From Patescibacteria group bacterium (GTDB lineage: Bacteria > Patescibacteriota > Patescibacteriia > 2-01-FULL-39-33): a DNA stretch of 32,000 nucleotides. Under the pieces are notes generated by a model, which worked only from the letters and a program-made list of their open reading frames with translations, searched no databases and was not told the origin of the DNA. Location: the NCBI GenBank assembly GCA_041649575.1, contig JBAZMW010000002.1, forward strand, positions 60,001-92,000. The letters are read 5' to 3'. Of the stretch, positions 1 to 9,780 are shown piece after piece (position 1 is the first letter of the stretch; each line of letters begins with the position of its first letter). The position numbers and the translations under genes were made by a program.

Positions 1-1181
1 CAACCGGTAAGCCCAGGCTTCACCAGCAGCCGTTCCCTGTAAAAAGGCACCTCTTGGGCCAAAATTTGGATAAATTCTGGTCTTTCTGGCCTAGGCCCGA
101 CCAGACTCATTTCTCCTCGTAAGATGTTAATTAATTGGGGGATTTCATCCAGCCTGGTTTTACGCATTAATCTGCCGAAACGAGTCACTCTCGGATCGTT
201 TTCACTGGCCCATTGTGGCCCGTTTTTCTCGGCGTTATCAAACATCGAGCGGAATTTCATGGCCAAAAAATTTTTACCGTTTTTGCCAACGCGTATTTGC
301 TTAAAGACCACCGGTCCCGGACTTTCTAATTTTATGATCAGAGCTATTGGCGGCGCGATAAATATGGCCACTAGCAGGCCGAGTAAAGCCAGAAAGACAT
401 CCATGATTCTTTTGCTGATCTCATAAAGTTTTTTGGAATGTTCGGCCAAGTTTTCCAAAAACCAGCTGTGTTCCAGATATTCAGCCGGCACTTTATTGGT
501 TATCTGCTCGTAAAAGCTGTTGATATTATAAACATCAACGCCTAGCGACAAACAGTCGAAGATTTTTCGCGAGATTTCATCATTATTTTTTAAACTATTG
601 GCGCTGACCAGGATATCCACCTGGTTTTCTTGGCAATATTTTTTTAAATCTTCGGGAACATTTTGGTTGTTTATGGCTTGATACCCTAGTTGCGGCTTAT
701 GATTTATCTCTCTGATTAACGAATCAGCCAGCGGTGATTGACCAATGATCAGCACCTTATTGCTAATGGCCGAGGATTTTATAAAGGTATAGAATATCCG
801 ACGCCACAAAAAAGAGAAAACCAAGGAAATAATCACATCTATCGCAAGGACTCTTTGCGGTTTAATACTTCCTAGAAAAGGATTGAAAAAATAAAAAATA
901 GCTATAGCTATCAGAATGTTTATAACATAAACACGAACTAGCAGATTTAACAGGTTGTTTATATTATAACTTATTTTTAAATCATAAAGCTCGTTAATAA
1001 AAAAAACCAATAACCAGATAACAAAAACCACAGTAAACATAATTACATGTCCTGACCAGAAATAACCGATGTCCTTTAGGCCGTATCTGATAATTAAGGT
1101 CAAGTATAAACCTAGATATAAAGTGGCCAGGTCGCCTAACAAAAGGATGACCTTTTTTGTTTTAATAAAGAAATTAGCCAT
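1..1181 (-). CDS. Undecaprenyl-phosphate sugar phosphotransferase (bacterial sugar transferase / polyprenyl glycosylphosphotransferase), 3' end truncated by window edge
   Basis: Reverse-strand translation starts MANFFIKTKKVILLLGDLATLYLGLYL... and ends ...NILRGEMSLVGPRPERPEFIQILAQEVPFYRERLLVKPGLTG, the hallmark motif of bacterial sugar transferases. Absent from the ORF track because it runs off the window. Confidence 0.9.
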   Translation of the reverse strand, partial: MANFFIKTKKVILLLGDLATLYLGLYLTLIIRYGLKDIGYFWSGHVIMFTVVFVIWLLVFFINELYDLKISYNINNLLNLLVRVYVINILIAIAIFYFFNPFLGSIKPQRVLAIDVIISLVFSFLWRRIFYTFIKSSAISNKVLIIGQSPLADSLIREINHKPQLGYQAINNQNVPEDLKKYCQENQVDILVSANSLKNNDEISRKIFDCLSLGVDVYNINSFYEQITNKVPAEYLEHSWFLENLAEHSKKLYEISKRIMDVFLALLGLLVAIFIAPPIALIIKLESPGPVVFKQIRVGKNGKNFLAMKFRSMFDNAEKNGPQWASENDPRVTRFGRLMRKTRLDEIPQLINILRGEMSLVGPRPERPEFIQILAQEVPFYRERLLVKPGLTG

Positions 1182-1277
1182 AATTTTAAGCGATAACTTC
1201 AATATTTATACAATATTTTTGACCAAAAATCAAGTTTGGCCGCCCGCCCTTTTAAAAGAATGATAATTTTGATAAAA

Positions 1278-1283
1278 TATAAT
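1278..1283 (+). promoter_or_regulatory. Putative -10 box (TATAAT) upstream of the S8 protease gene
   Basis: TATAAT 17 nt before the ATG at 1300; no convincing -35 element. Confidence 0.3.
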
Positions 1284-1299
1284 CATTAAATCCCTTTTT

Positions 1300-3000
1300 A
1301 TGGTTAAAAGATTTTTTTTATTTTCAATTGTTTGCTTGTTTTTTTTTATTACTATTTTTCCGGCTCAGGCCTATGTTCCCTCCGACCCGTTGTATTACCG
1401 AGAAACCTATCTCAACCCTCTTGGCGCGGAAAAAGCTTGGGATTTGTCACGGGGTAATGGCGTGGTAGTAGCCGTCTTAGATTCCGGGGTAGACACGGAC
1501 CACCCTGATTTAAAAAATAATATTTGGCGTAATTTGGACGAAACTCCTGGCGATGGCGTTGATAATGATCATAATGGTTTTATTGACGATATTAGTGGTT
1601 GGGATTTTGTCTCAGGTCAGCCGGATCCCAAACCAAAATTTTCTGAAAACTATTCAGCAGCCGGCTTGGAACATGGCACGGCTATCTCGGGAGTGATCGC
1701 TGGTACGGCCAATAACGGGCAGGGAATGGTTGGCTTGGCTTTTGATTCCAAAATCATGCCTCTTAGAATTCTAGATGCTGACGGTACGGGGGAGGTGCCC
1801 AATCTGGTCAAAGCCATTGAGTACGCTGTCAATAACGGAGCTGATATCATTAACTTAAGCTTAGTTGGTTATGATTATAGCCAGGAACTTTTTGATGCCG
1901 TTAGGTCGGCTAACGCTCGGGGAGTGTTGGTGGTGGCGGCCGCTGGTAACGCCGAAGATGGTTTAGTTGACGGAATTAATCTTGATAACAGGCCGGCTTA
2001 CCCGGTTTGCTACGGCAATAATACTGATAATAATTTAATTATCGCCGTTTCTTCCGTTGATGACAAAAAGAACAAATCTGTTTTTTCTAATTATGGCAGC
2101 TGTGTGGACGTCTCCGCTTTTGGCGAGAAAATTCTCAGTGCCTCTTTTTATTATCCAGAGAAGGGTTTGGATGATTATTATCTTTATGATTGGAACGGAA
2201 CTTCCTTTGCCACCGCTTTGGTTTCTGGCGCCGCCGCCCTAGTTAAGGCGAAAAATAAGTCTTTTACGCCGACCAAGATCACTGACGCTCTTTTGAGTAC
2301 AGCTGAAGATATTGATAGTTATAATTCTCAATATCGGGGCTTGCTTGGCCGGGGTTTGATTAATGTTTTTAGCGCCGTAAATTATTTGCCGCCGGTCGCT
2401 CCCGGCCGTTTGGTAAAATTGAAAACTTCCAACACCGTCTATTATGTCGACTCCAATAACACCAAACATCTTTTTCCCAATGAAAGTGTTTTTTGGAGCT
2501 GGTATAGTGGTAACTGGCCCGATCAGAAGATAGCCATTGTTGGTCAGGAAGAGATGGACGGCTTGAGATACGGCTCAAATATGACCATCAGAGCCGGCAC
2601 TAATTTGGTGAAATTTGGCAGTAGCAATAAAATTTATTTTGTCTCCGGTGGTAACCGACTGGTGCAGCTTAATGAGGCTTTGGCCCGTCAGCTTTTTGGC
2701 ACAAACTATTATCAGCGGTTGGCCAAATTAAGCGAGGGTTTTGTGGCTGATTATTTTGAGGCTCCGGCTTTAAGTGAAGGGCTCTATCCCGACGGCTCTT
2801 TGATTCAGTACAAGGACTCCGGCGACATTTACTATATCCAAAATGGCACTAAGCGTTTAGTGACGGCCGCTGGCCTGGCGGCTAACAATTTCAAGAAAGA
2901 GTTTGTTATAAGAGAAGTTGGCAGCAGTTTGTCTTATAGAAACGGCGCCAATCTGGACGCCTGGGAAGAGGGGGTCTTTCCCTATCTCCTGATTAATTAA
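1300..3000 (+). CDS. Secreted S8 (subtilisin-like) serine protease with C-terminal repeat region
   Basis: Signal peptide followed by VVVAVLDSGVDTDHPDL (Asp), HGTAISGVIAG (His) and NGTSFATALVSGAAAL (Ser) motifs. Confidence 0.93.
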   Translation: MVKRFFLFSIVCLFFFITIFPAQAYVPSDPLYYRETYLNPLGAEKAWDLSRGNGVVVAVLDSGVDTDHPDLKNNIWRNLDETPGDGVDNDHNGFIDDISGWDFVSGQPDPKPKFSENYSAAGLEHGTAISGVIAGTANNGQGMVGLAFDSKIMPLRILDADGTGEVPNLVKAIEYAVNNGADIINLSLVGYDYSQELFDAVRSANARGVLVVAAAGNAEDGLVDGINLDNRPAYPVCYGNNTDNNLIIAVSSVDDKKNKSVFSNYGSCVDVSAFGEKILSASFYYPEKGLDDYYLYDWNGTSFATALVSGAAALVKAKNKSFTPTKITDALLSTAEDIDSYNSQYRGLLGRGLINVFSAVNYLPPVAPGRLVKLKTSNTVYYVDSNNTKHLFPNESVFWSWYSGNWPDQKIAIVGQEEMDGLRYGSNMTIRAGTNLVKFGSSNKIYFVSGGNRLVQLNEALARQLFGTNYYQRLAKLSEGFVADYFEAPALSEGLYPDGSLIQYKDSGDIYYIQNGTKRLVTAAGLAANNFKKEFVIREVGSSLSYRNGANLDAWEEGVFPYLLIN

Positions 3001-3007
3001 TTTTTTT

Positions 3008-3487
3008 GTGCTGCTTATGTTTGAAAAACTTAAAAAAATAAAAAATCAAATTAGCGGCTTCTATTTTTTCCGGAGATACATGATTGCCAAGGAGTTTATT
3101 AAATTTTGTTTGATTGGCCTGACCAATCTGTTTGTCGATATGTCCGTTTATTGGCTCTTGACCCGCTTTTTTCATTTCTATTATTTATTAGCGGCCATTT
3201 TTTCTTTTGTAGTGGCGGTAACCTGGAGCTTCTACCTCAACCGGCACTGGACTTTCCGTCATCAGGAAAAAGACCTTTCTCGGCAATACATAAAATTTTT
3301 TATCGCCAATCTTATCAGCATCTTCATTAATCTCTCACTTTTTTATGTTTTGGTTGACTATTGGCATTTCTACGACCTATTAGCCAAGTTTTTGGCGGCG
3401 ATGATCGTGGCTTTCCTTAATTTTTCTCTTAATAAATTCTGGACCTTTAGAAAACCGGCCAATAGTCAAACAACTCGAACTCCTTAG
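3008..3487 (+). CDS. GtrA family membrane protein
   Basis: EFIKFCLIGLTNLFVDMSVYWLL...NRHWTFRHQ...NFSLNKFWTFRK is a typical GtrA 4-TM architecture. Confidence 0.85.
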   Translation: MLLMFEKLKKIKNQISGFYFFRRYMIAKEFIKFCLIGLTNLFVDMSVYWLLTRFFHFYYLLAAIFSFVVAVTWSFYLNRHWTFRHQEKDLSRQYIKFFIANLISIFINLSLFYVLVDYWHFYDLLAKFLAAMIVAFLNFSLNKFWTFRKPANSQTTRTP

Positions 3488-3552
3488 CCGCCGACTTGTT
3501 TTTAAAGGCGTTTTTTTATATAATAAGGGCAACAAAACTTAACCCATAATTT

Positions 3553-4563
3553 ATGACTCAAAAAATAATTTTTGACAAAAAAAACATTCTGATAGTCGGT
3601 GGCGCCGGTTTTATCGGTTCTCATCTGGGAGATGAATTGGTAGTTAAAAACAAGGTGATTTGTCTCGATAATTTTCTGACCGGTACCGAGCATAATATCG
3701 CCCATCTTTTACAAAATCCCAATTTTAAATTTATTAATCATAATATTGTCGAGGCGATTAACCTGGAAAAGCAGCCGGACTTAAAAGAGTTTAGAATCGA
3801 ATTTCAGGGTTTGCAGGAAATTTATTTTTTGGCCTCGCCCACCTCGCCGCGCGATTATTCCAGGTATCCTATCGAGACCCTGCTGGCCAATTCCGTTGGT
3901 TTGCGTAACGCCTTAGACTTGGCGGTGAAGTATAAGTCGCAGTTTTTGTATGTGTCTGGCTCGGCGGTCTATGGCCAGGTCGAGGATAAAAAAAAGGTGA
4001 AAGAGGATTATGTTGGCAGAGTTGATCAGTTGGGCCCGCGTGCTTGTTATGAAGAAGCCAAGAGATTTGGCGAATCACTGGTTAATAATTATCGTCTCAA
4101 ATACAATATAGACGCCAAGATAGTCAGGGTGTTTAATTGTTACGGACCGCGGATGCGTTTGGGCGACGGTCGGATGATTCCCGAAATAATCGAGCTGGCC
4201 TTGAAAAATAAAGAAATAGTGATTTACGGCGAAAAGAAAAGTGCTGGTTCTTATTTTTATATCTCTGATTTGATCAAGGCGCTGATCAAGATGATGTCCA
4301 GTGGCGAAATCGGTCCGCTTAATCTGGCTTCGGAGTGGCAAAACAGTTTTGAGGAAGTGGCGCAAAAAATTATTCAGCTGACTGGTTCGCAAGCCAAAGT
4401 TAAATATGAATCAACCGGCGGCCTGATGGCGCCGCAACTTCTAGGCGATATCACTCAAGCCAAAGAAAGGCTGGGTTGGTTTCCTATAGTTTTGCTCGAT
4501 GAGGGTTTGAAAAAAACCATCGACTATCTTAGCGCCCAGCAGGGAATATTGGATCTAAATTGA
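3553..4563 (+). CDS. NAD-dependent epimerase/dehydratase, UDP-glucuronate decarboxylase-like
   Basis: GGAGFIGSHL, CLDNFLTGTEHNI, FLASPTSPRDYSRYPIETLLAN, RVFNCYGPRM motifs. Confidence 0.85.
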   Translation: MTQKIIFDKKNILIVGGAGFIGSHLGDELVVKNKVICLDNFLTGTEHNIAHLLQNPNFKFINHNIVEAINLEKQPDLKEFRIEFQGLQEIYFLASPTSPRDYSRYPIETLLANSVGLRNALDLAVKYKSQFLYVSGSAVYGQVEDKKKVKEDYVGRVDQLGPRACYEEAKRFGESLVNNYRLKYNIDAKIVRVFNCYGPRMRLGDGRMIPEIIELALKNKEIVIYGEKKSAGSYFYISDLIKALIKMMSSGEIGPLNLASEWQNSFEEVAQKIIQLTGSQAKVKYESTGGLMAPQLLGDITQAKERLGWFPIVLLDEGLKKTIDYLSAQQGILDLN

Positions 4564-4578
4564 AGTTTTTTATAAAAT

Positions 4579-4607
4579 AACCCCCGACCGGGGGTTTGTT
4601 TTTTTAT
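4579..4607 (+). terminator. Rho-independent terminator
   Basis: AACCCCC-gacc-GGGGGTT stem followed by TGTTTTTTT, between SDR and GT2 genes. Confidence 0.75.
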
Positions 4608-4630
4608 CTAAAAAGTGCCATAATTTAGTT

Positions 4631-5293
4631 ATGAAAATATTAGTTTTAATTCCTGCCAAAGACGAAAAGGCCAAAATTTTTTCGGTGGTTAGAGAAATTA
4701 AAGATTGTGGCTTCGAGGTGTTGGTGATTGATGACGGCTCTTCGGATAATACCGGCGAACTGGCCAAAGCCGCCGGCGCCAAGGTTCTAAGGCACGTTAT
4801 TAATCGTGGCCAAGGAGCGGCCTTAAGAACTGGTTTGTCTTATGCTCTAAAAGGCGATTATCAAGCCGTGGTTTTTTTTGATGCCGACGGACAAATGCTG
4901 GCCTCGGAAATAGAAAAACTATTGGAGCCATTGCTTTTAAAGAGAGCTGAAGTGGTTTTGGGCTCGCGGTTTCTGGGTCGGGCGGAGAATATTTCCTTTT
5001 CGAAATTAATAACCTTAAAACTGGCTTTGCTTTTTACTAAACTAACCACCGGTCTGAAATTAACTGACGTTCATAACGGATTCCAGGCTTGGGATCTAAG
5101 TGCTCTGGAGAAAATCACCCTCACGCAAGATCGTTACGCCTACGCCTCGGAAATCTTAAAAGAAATCGCTCACAAGCGGCTTAGGTACCAGGAAGTCCCG
5201 GTGACTATCAAATATACTGATTATTCCAAAAAGAAAGGTCAGAGTATTTTTAATGCTTTGCACATTCTCTGGGATTTAATGATTAAAAAATAA
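4631..5293 (+). CDS. Glycosyltransferase family 2 (polyprenyl-phosphate hexose synthase-like)
   Basis: MKILVLIPAKDEKAKIFSVVREI...LVIDDGSSDNTGELA...FFDADGQ...VLGSRFLG. Confidence 0.88.
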   Translation: MKILVLIPAKDEKAKIFSVVREIKDCGFEVLVIDDGSSDNTGELAKAAGAKVLRHVINRGQGAALRTGLSYALKGDYQAVVFFDADGQMLASEIEKLLEPLLLKRAEVVLGSRFLGRAENISFSKLITLKLALLFTKLTTGLKLTDVHNGFQAWDLSALEKITLTQDRYAYASEILKEIAHKRLRYQEVPVTIKYTDYSKKKGQSIFNALHILWDLMIKK

Positions 5294-5296
5294 TTT

Positions 5297-5635
5297 ATGC
5301 TGATTCAATTCATTCTCATTTTTTTTATTTTGCTTTTGGTTCTACGTTTGATTTGGCAATTAAAAAACAAAGAAATTTCGGGTTGGCAATTTTTGTCCTG
5401 GCTAGTTATTTGGTTTTTAGCCATCATTATTATCTGGTATCCCCAAGTGACTATCTTTTTGGCCGGCCAATTGGGCGTGGGCCGGGGCGTCGATCTGGTT
5501 ATTTATTTGTCGGTGATTTTACTTTTTTATCTATTGTTTCGTCTGCTTTTGAGAATAGAGAGAGTGGAAAAAAATATCACAAAAATTACCCAGGAGCTGG
5601 CCGTCAAAAAAGATCAAAATCATGAGTCCGACTAA
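5297..5635 (+). CDS. DUF2304-type small membrane protein
   Basis: 112 aa, three predicted TM segments plus a coiled tail, directly downstream of the GT2; matches the usual GT2-DUF2304 pairing. Confidence 0.7.
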   Translation: MLIQFILIFFILLLVLRLIWQLKNKEISGWQFLSWLVIWFLAIIIIWYPQVTIFLAGQLGVGRGVDLVIYLSVILLFYLLFRLLLRIERVEKNITKITQELAVKKDQNHESD

Positions 5636-6674
5636 AAGAGTAACCATTATCATTGTTACGCACAATGGACGGCACTATTTGCCGGAATGCTTGGCTAGTG
5701 TTTTCGATCAGCATTATCTCCAAAGCCTTTTGAAAATAATCGTTATTGATAATGATTCTTCAGATAGCACGGTTAGCTATTTGCGGCAGTGGCCGCAGGT
5801 AAAGGTGGTGGTTAATCGTAAGAATTTAGGCTTTGCGGTGGCCAACAACCAAGGCTATTATTTGGCTAAAAAACAGGAAGCGGATTATCTTTTTTTATTG
5901 AACCAGGATACTGTCTTGGAAAAGAATTGCCTGCAGCGTCTGGTGACTTTAGCGGAAAAAAATCACAAAATCGCCGCCGTTCAGCCAAAAATTCTGCTCC
6001 ACCCGGAAAAGCACCTGATTAACAGCTTGGGTAATTGTATAAATTTTTTAGGCTTTGCCTATTGCGACAAGTACCGGGCCAAAGACAGCCAGCCCTTAGT
6101 CGATCCGTTTGAGGTCACCTACGCCTCGGGAGCCGCCTGTCTGCTTAGGATGTCGGCCCTGGAGCAAACCGACCTATTTGATCCGCGTTTATTTATGTAC
6201 CATGATGACGTCGATCTCGGTTGGCGCCTACGCTTGGCCGGTTATCGGATTATGGTCGATCCGCTGGCGGTGGTCTATCATAAATACACCTTTGGCAAAG
6301 GCAAATACAAATTTTATTACCTGGAACGCAATCGTTTATTAGTTTTATTGCAGAATTACCGTTTATTGACTTTGGTTATTTTTTTGCCGCCATTGGTTCT
6401 AATGGAGGCGGGTATGCTGCTTTTCGCTCTGAAAAACGGTTGGCTGAAAGAAAAAATCAAGGGCTATTTTTGGCTGTTGTCTCACTGGCCGTCGATTTTA
6501 AGCCAGCGTCTCCGGGTGCATTTTCAGATCAGAAAAGTAAGCGATCGTGAAGTTTTAAGGTTTTTCAGCGGCGCGATAAAATCGGAAGAACTGAAAAACC
6601 CCCTGCTCGTGTATTTAGTGAATCCACTGTTATCTCTATACTTCTGGTTGGCTAAAAAAATTATTTTTTGGTAA
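5622..6674 (+). CDS. Glycosyltransferase family 2 (rhamnosyltransferase-like)
   Basis: VTIIIVTHNGRHYLPECLASV...VIDNDSSDST...FLLNQDTVLE...HDDVDLGWRLRLAGY. Confidence 0.9.
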   Translation: MSPTKRVTIIIVTHNGRHYLPECLASVFDQHYLQSLLKIIVIDNDSSDSTVSYLRQWPQVKVVVNRKNLGFAVANNQGYYLAKKQEADYLFLLNQDTVLEKNCLQRLVTLAEKNHKIAAVQPKILLHPEKHLINSLGNCINFLGFAYCDKYRAKDSQPLVDPFEVTYASGAACLLRMSALEQTDLFDPRLFMYHDDVDLGWRLRLAGYRIMVDPLAVVYHKYTFGKGKYKFYYLERNRLLVLLQNYRLLTLVIFLPPLVLMEAGMLLFALKNGWLKEKIKGYFWLLSHWPSILSQRLRVHFQIRKVSDREVLRFFSGAIKSEELKNPLLVYLVNPLLSLYFWLAKKIIFW

Positions 6675-6722
6675 AAAGCTTAACAAGACTTAGCGCTATT
6701 ATTTTTTTTAACTTTAGTTTAA

Positions 6723-7724
6723 ATGGACCAACGGCTTTATCTAGCGACAGCGGCTGATGATAATTACGCGGCGCCTTTGGCCGCGATGCTGGCTTCTTTG
6801 TTGGAGAATGTTGCTCCGGCTTTTGGTGTTGAAATAAAAATTTTGACCAGCGATTTCAGCCCGGCCAATCAGAAAAGACTAATCGACTCTTTGGCGGGTT
6901 ATAATTGCTCTTGCCAGTTTGTGGCTATCGGCTCGGAGCAAAAAAAATTTTTCGCCACCGGTCTTAATGCCAATACTCATTTGTCCGAAACGGCTTATTA
7001 CCGGCTGCTCTTGCCGGAGCTTTTGCCGCAAATTGAAAAAATAATTTATCTCGATTGCGATTTAATAGTTCGTGGCGACATTTCTCGTCTGTGGCAAACC
7101 GATCTGGAAAAACAGGTCATTGGAGCGGTACCGGTACAGTTTTTGTTCTATTATGACTTGTTTTCCGAAGTTTTTTCTTTGCCGGTAAACCACGGCCTGT
7201 TCAATTCCGGCGTCATGCTGCTGGATTTGGCAGGTCTGCGCCAAATGGAATTTGTCAGGCTGGCGCGGGAGTTTATTGTTAAAAATAAAAACAAATTAAC
7301 CATCGCTGCCGATCAGGACGTTTTAAATGCCATGCTTATTGGCAAATTCAAAAAAATTGACTTAAGCTGGAATCAGACGGTAGAGCTTTTTGTCGGCCGG
7401 GGCTACCAGAATTCCGCTGCCGGCAAGTATCAGCTTTACAGTAAAAACGAATTTCTGACCGCCCAAAAAAAGCCTTTAATAGTTCATTTCGACGGCGCTC
7501 TCAAGCCCTGGCACCATGGCCTCGCGCATCCTTACAAAAAAGAATATTTTTTGTATCTCAAAAAAACCGCTTTTAAAAGCCAGAAAAAACAGTGGAATTT
7601 CAAGCGCTTTTTGTCTTTTTACGGCTACTATAGCCTAAAACTTTTGCCGGAAAAATTTTTCCACTGGCTTTGGCCGGTTTTGAACAATCTTTACAAAAAG
7701 AAAAATTTTTCCGATTGGAAATAA
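6723..7724 (+). CDS. Glycosyltransferase family 8
   Basis: IYLDCDLIVRGDI (DxD), FNSGVMLLDL, DQDVLNAM, HFDGALKPW motifs. Confidence 0.9.
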   Translation: MDQRLYLATAADDNYAAPLAAMLASLLENVAPAFGVEIKILTSDFSPANQKRLIDSLAGYNCSCQFVAIGSEQKKFFATGLNANTHLSETAYYRLLLPELLPQIEKIIYLDCDLIVRGDISRLWQTDLEKQVIGAVPVQFLFYYDLFSEVFSLPVNHGLFNSGVMLLDLAGLRQMEFVRLAREFIVKNKNKLTIAADQDVLNAMLIGKFKKIDLSWNQTVELFVGRGYQNSAAGKYQLYSKNEFLTAQKKPLIVHFDGALKPWHHGLAHPYKKEYFLYLKKTAFKSQKKQWNFKRFLSFYGYYSLKLLPEKFFHWLWPVLNNLYKKKNFSDWK

Positions 7725-7727
7725 TTT

Positions 7728-8123
7728 ATGTCTAAAAGAAACGTTTTAAAAATAATTTTTACTTGGTTGCTGGCAATTATTTGGGGCGGTTTGATTTTTT
7801 ATTTGTCTTCGGTTTCTGATTTTTCCGTTGCTACTGGCACTGCCAAGCGCAGCAATTTTTTATCTGGTATCATTCACGTCTTGCTTTATATAATTTTGTC
7901 ATTTCTGTTAATTCGCGCTTTGCTGACCAGCGGTTTGAGCCGGGGTCGGGCTTTTCTTTTTGGTTTTTTGGTCGCTTCGCTTTATGGAATCAGCGACGAA
8001 TGGCACCAGTCCTTTGTGCCCTCTCGCGAAGCCAGGGTCACCGACTGGCTCTTGGATGTCGCCGGCGCTTATTTGACACTAAGCTGCTATACCTATAAAT
8101 ATAAATACCGCCGCCGCCAGTGA
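7728..8123 (+). CDS. VanZ-like family membrane protein
   Basis: WGGLIFYLSSVSDF...DEWHQSFVPSREARVTDWLLDVAGAYL. Confidence 0.85.
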   Translation: MSKRNVLKIIFTWLLAIIWGGLIFYLSSVSDFSVATGTAKRSNFLSGIIHVLLYIILSFLLIRALLTSGLSRGRAFLFGFLVASLYGISDEWHQSFVPSREARVTDWLLDVAGAYLTLSCYTYKYKYRRRQ

Positions 8124-8125
8124 AA

Positions 8126-8148
8126 GCCGCTAGTACTAGCGGCTTTTT
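8126..8148. terminator. Bidirectional terminator palindrome between convergent genes
   Basis: Perfect palindrome GCCGCTAGTACTAGCGGC flanked by A-tract/T-tract; includes the stop codon of the minus-strand flippase. Confidence 0.75.
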
Positions 8149-9695
8149 TGATAAAGATTCTGGTAAACTTTTCCCAGAAAATTTTTTATTGTTTGCCAGT
8201 CTTCTCGCTCATAAAAACCAAACAGGCGATAAAGTAGTAAATAAATTATTACTGCCAGTGGTCCCAGAACGATCAAGGCAAAGAGATTAACGCTTAGCGG
8301 TATCAGTATCAGAATGTCAACCAAATAAGCCGCTACCGCGGTGAGAATAATTTTGAAATACAATTTGAAATATTCTTTGGCTCTGTTTGTCAGATGAAAA
8401 AAATGTTTTTCCGCGTAGCCGAACATTATTATAATTGGCAGAACTGAAATCAGAAAGGCCCAGGCCGCGCCAGTGATGCCAAAGGTCGGCAAGAGAGCGA
8501 GGATTAGGATAAGGTTGAAAATTGCCATCAGCACCGAACAAACTGCCAAAAATTTTGTCTTTTCCAGCCCCAGTAAAAAACTAGTTAAGGGACGAGACAA
8601 AGAGATGACAAAATAAGTCAGGGCTAAAATTATCAAAATAGCGGTGGACTTTTCCGCCAGTTCGGCGCCGATCCAAAAAAATAGTATTTTGTAAGCAAAG
8701 GCGATGATGGAAACGGTGATGGCCGCGCTCAAAATGGTAATCAACCTCAAAGATTTGATGTAAATGTTTTTTATTTTTTCATTTTCCTTCACGCCCTTTA
8801 AGCCGGCCACCATCGGAAAAAGCACGGCGGTTAGGCTGTTGGTAACGCCCGGGGTGTGATTGGCGACATTGCCCGGCAAGCTGTAGTAAGTCAAAGCCGT
8901 TGGGCCCAAAAAAATAGGAATCAGCAATCGATCCAAATAATTTAAAGAGGAGCCGGCCAGATTACTGACAAAAGTCTTTAGCCCGAATTGGTAGCAATTT
9001 TTAACTTCTGTTTTTACCCAAGCCAGCTTCAGCTTGGCCAGTGGCAGGATTTTTTTGGCATAGCGCCTGTAAACAAAAGAAAAGACCAAAGCCAAGCCGG
9101 CCTGTAGCGCCAGGATGGCAATTAATTTGTAGCCCAAAAGAGCCAGGGCCAGAGCGCCCAGATTCAGGATTGTCAGTTGGGTCAAATCGATTTTTGTCGA
9201 CAAATCGAATCGTTGCAGGGCTCGGGGCGTAATGGTAAAAACCGAGTTAACGGTGTTGATAAAAAAGGTTATGCCCGCCAGAGAAAAAGTTATCAAAAAA
9301 AGATTTTGGTCCAAAGAGCTGTTTTGAAAAATGGCCTTTCCCCAATACCCCAAAGCGACCATAATGGCCAGCCCCAGAACGCCGATAATGAAGAAAAGCG
9401 AGTTATTGGAATAAAAAAGATTTTTTATTTTATTTTCTTCTTGTTGGGCGTGATATTGGGCCAAATATTTGATTAAGGCCGTTGACAGTCCTAGGTCCAA
9501 CAGGCCCAAAAGAACAAGAATGGTGTTAATAAGCACATACAGCCCGTAACGCTCCACGCCCAGTTTATAAACCAGAACCGGTGTGACAAAAATAGAAAAA
9601 ACAATCGGAAAAGCGTAGCCGACAAAAGAGAAAGAAGAATTTTTTAGAGCCTGATAAGCTGGGGAGTCGTTTTCCATGTCATTTAATTTATACAA
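8136..9695 (-). CDS. Oligosaccharide flippase (Wzx/MATE-like polysaccharide biosynthesis protein)
   Basis: 519 aa multi-TM; SFVGYAFPIVFSIFVTPVLVYKLGVERYGLYVLINTIL..., LDLGLSTALIKYLA. Confidence 0.88.
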   Translation of the reverse strand: MYKLNDMENDSPAYQALKNSSFSFVGYAFPIVFSIFVTPVLVYKLGVERYGLYVLINTILVLLGLLDLGLSTALIKYLAQYHAQQEENKIKNLFYSNNSLFFIIGVLGLAIMVALGYWGKAIFQNSSLDQNLFLITFSLAGITFFINTVNSVFTITPRALQRFDLSTKIDLTQLTILNLGALALALLGYKLIAILALQAGLALVFSFVYRRYAKKILPLAKLKLAWVKTEVKNCYQFGLKTFVSNLAGSSLNYLDRLLIPIFLGPTALTYYSLPGNVANHTPGVTNSLTAVLFPMVAGLKGVKENEKIKNIYIKSLRLITILSAAITVSIIAFAYKILFFWIGAELAEKSTAILIILALTYFVISLSRPLTSFLLGLEKTKFLAVCSVLMAIFNLILILALLPTFGITGAAWAFLISVLPIIIMFGYAEKHFFHLTNRAKEYFKLYFKIILTAVAAYLVDILILIPLSVNLFALIVLGPLAVIIYLLLYRLFGFYEREDWQTIKNFLGKVYQNLYQKSR

Positions 9696-9780
9696 TAAAT
9701 TTAGCTTTCAGGCAAATATTTTGGTTTGCCAAAAAGGTAAAAAATAGTTAGAATTAAAGGGAAAAAAGAATCGAGAAATT

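Noticed and set aside
124-426. + strand ORF of 100 aa
   Set aside because: Antisense shadow of the minus-strand sugar transferase gene (1-1181).
9041-9476. ORFs at 9041-9232 (+) and 9177-9476 (+)
   Set aside because: Antisense shadows of the flippase gene; no motifs.
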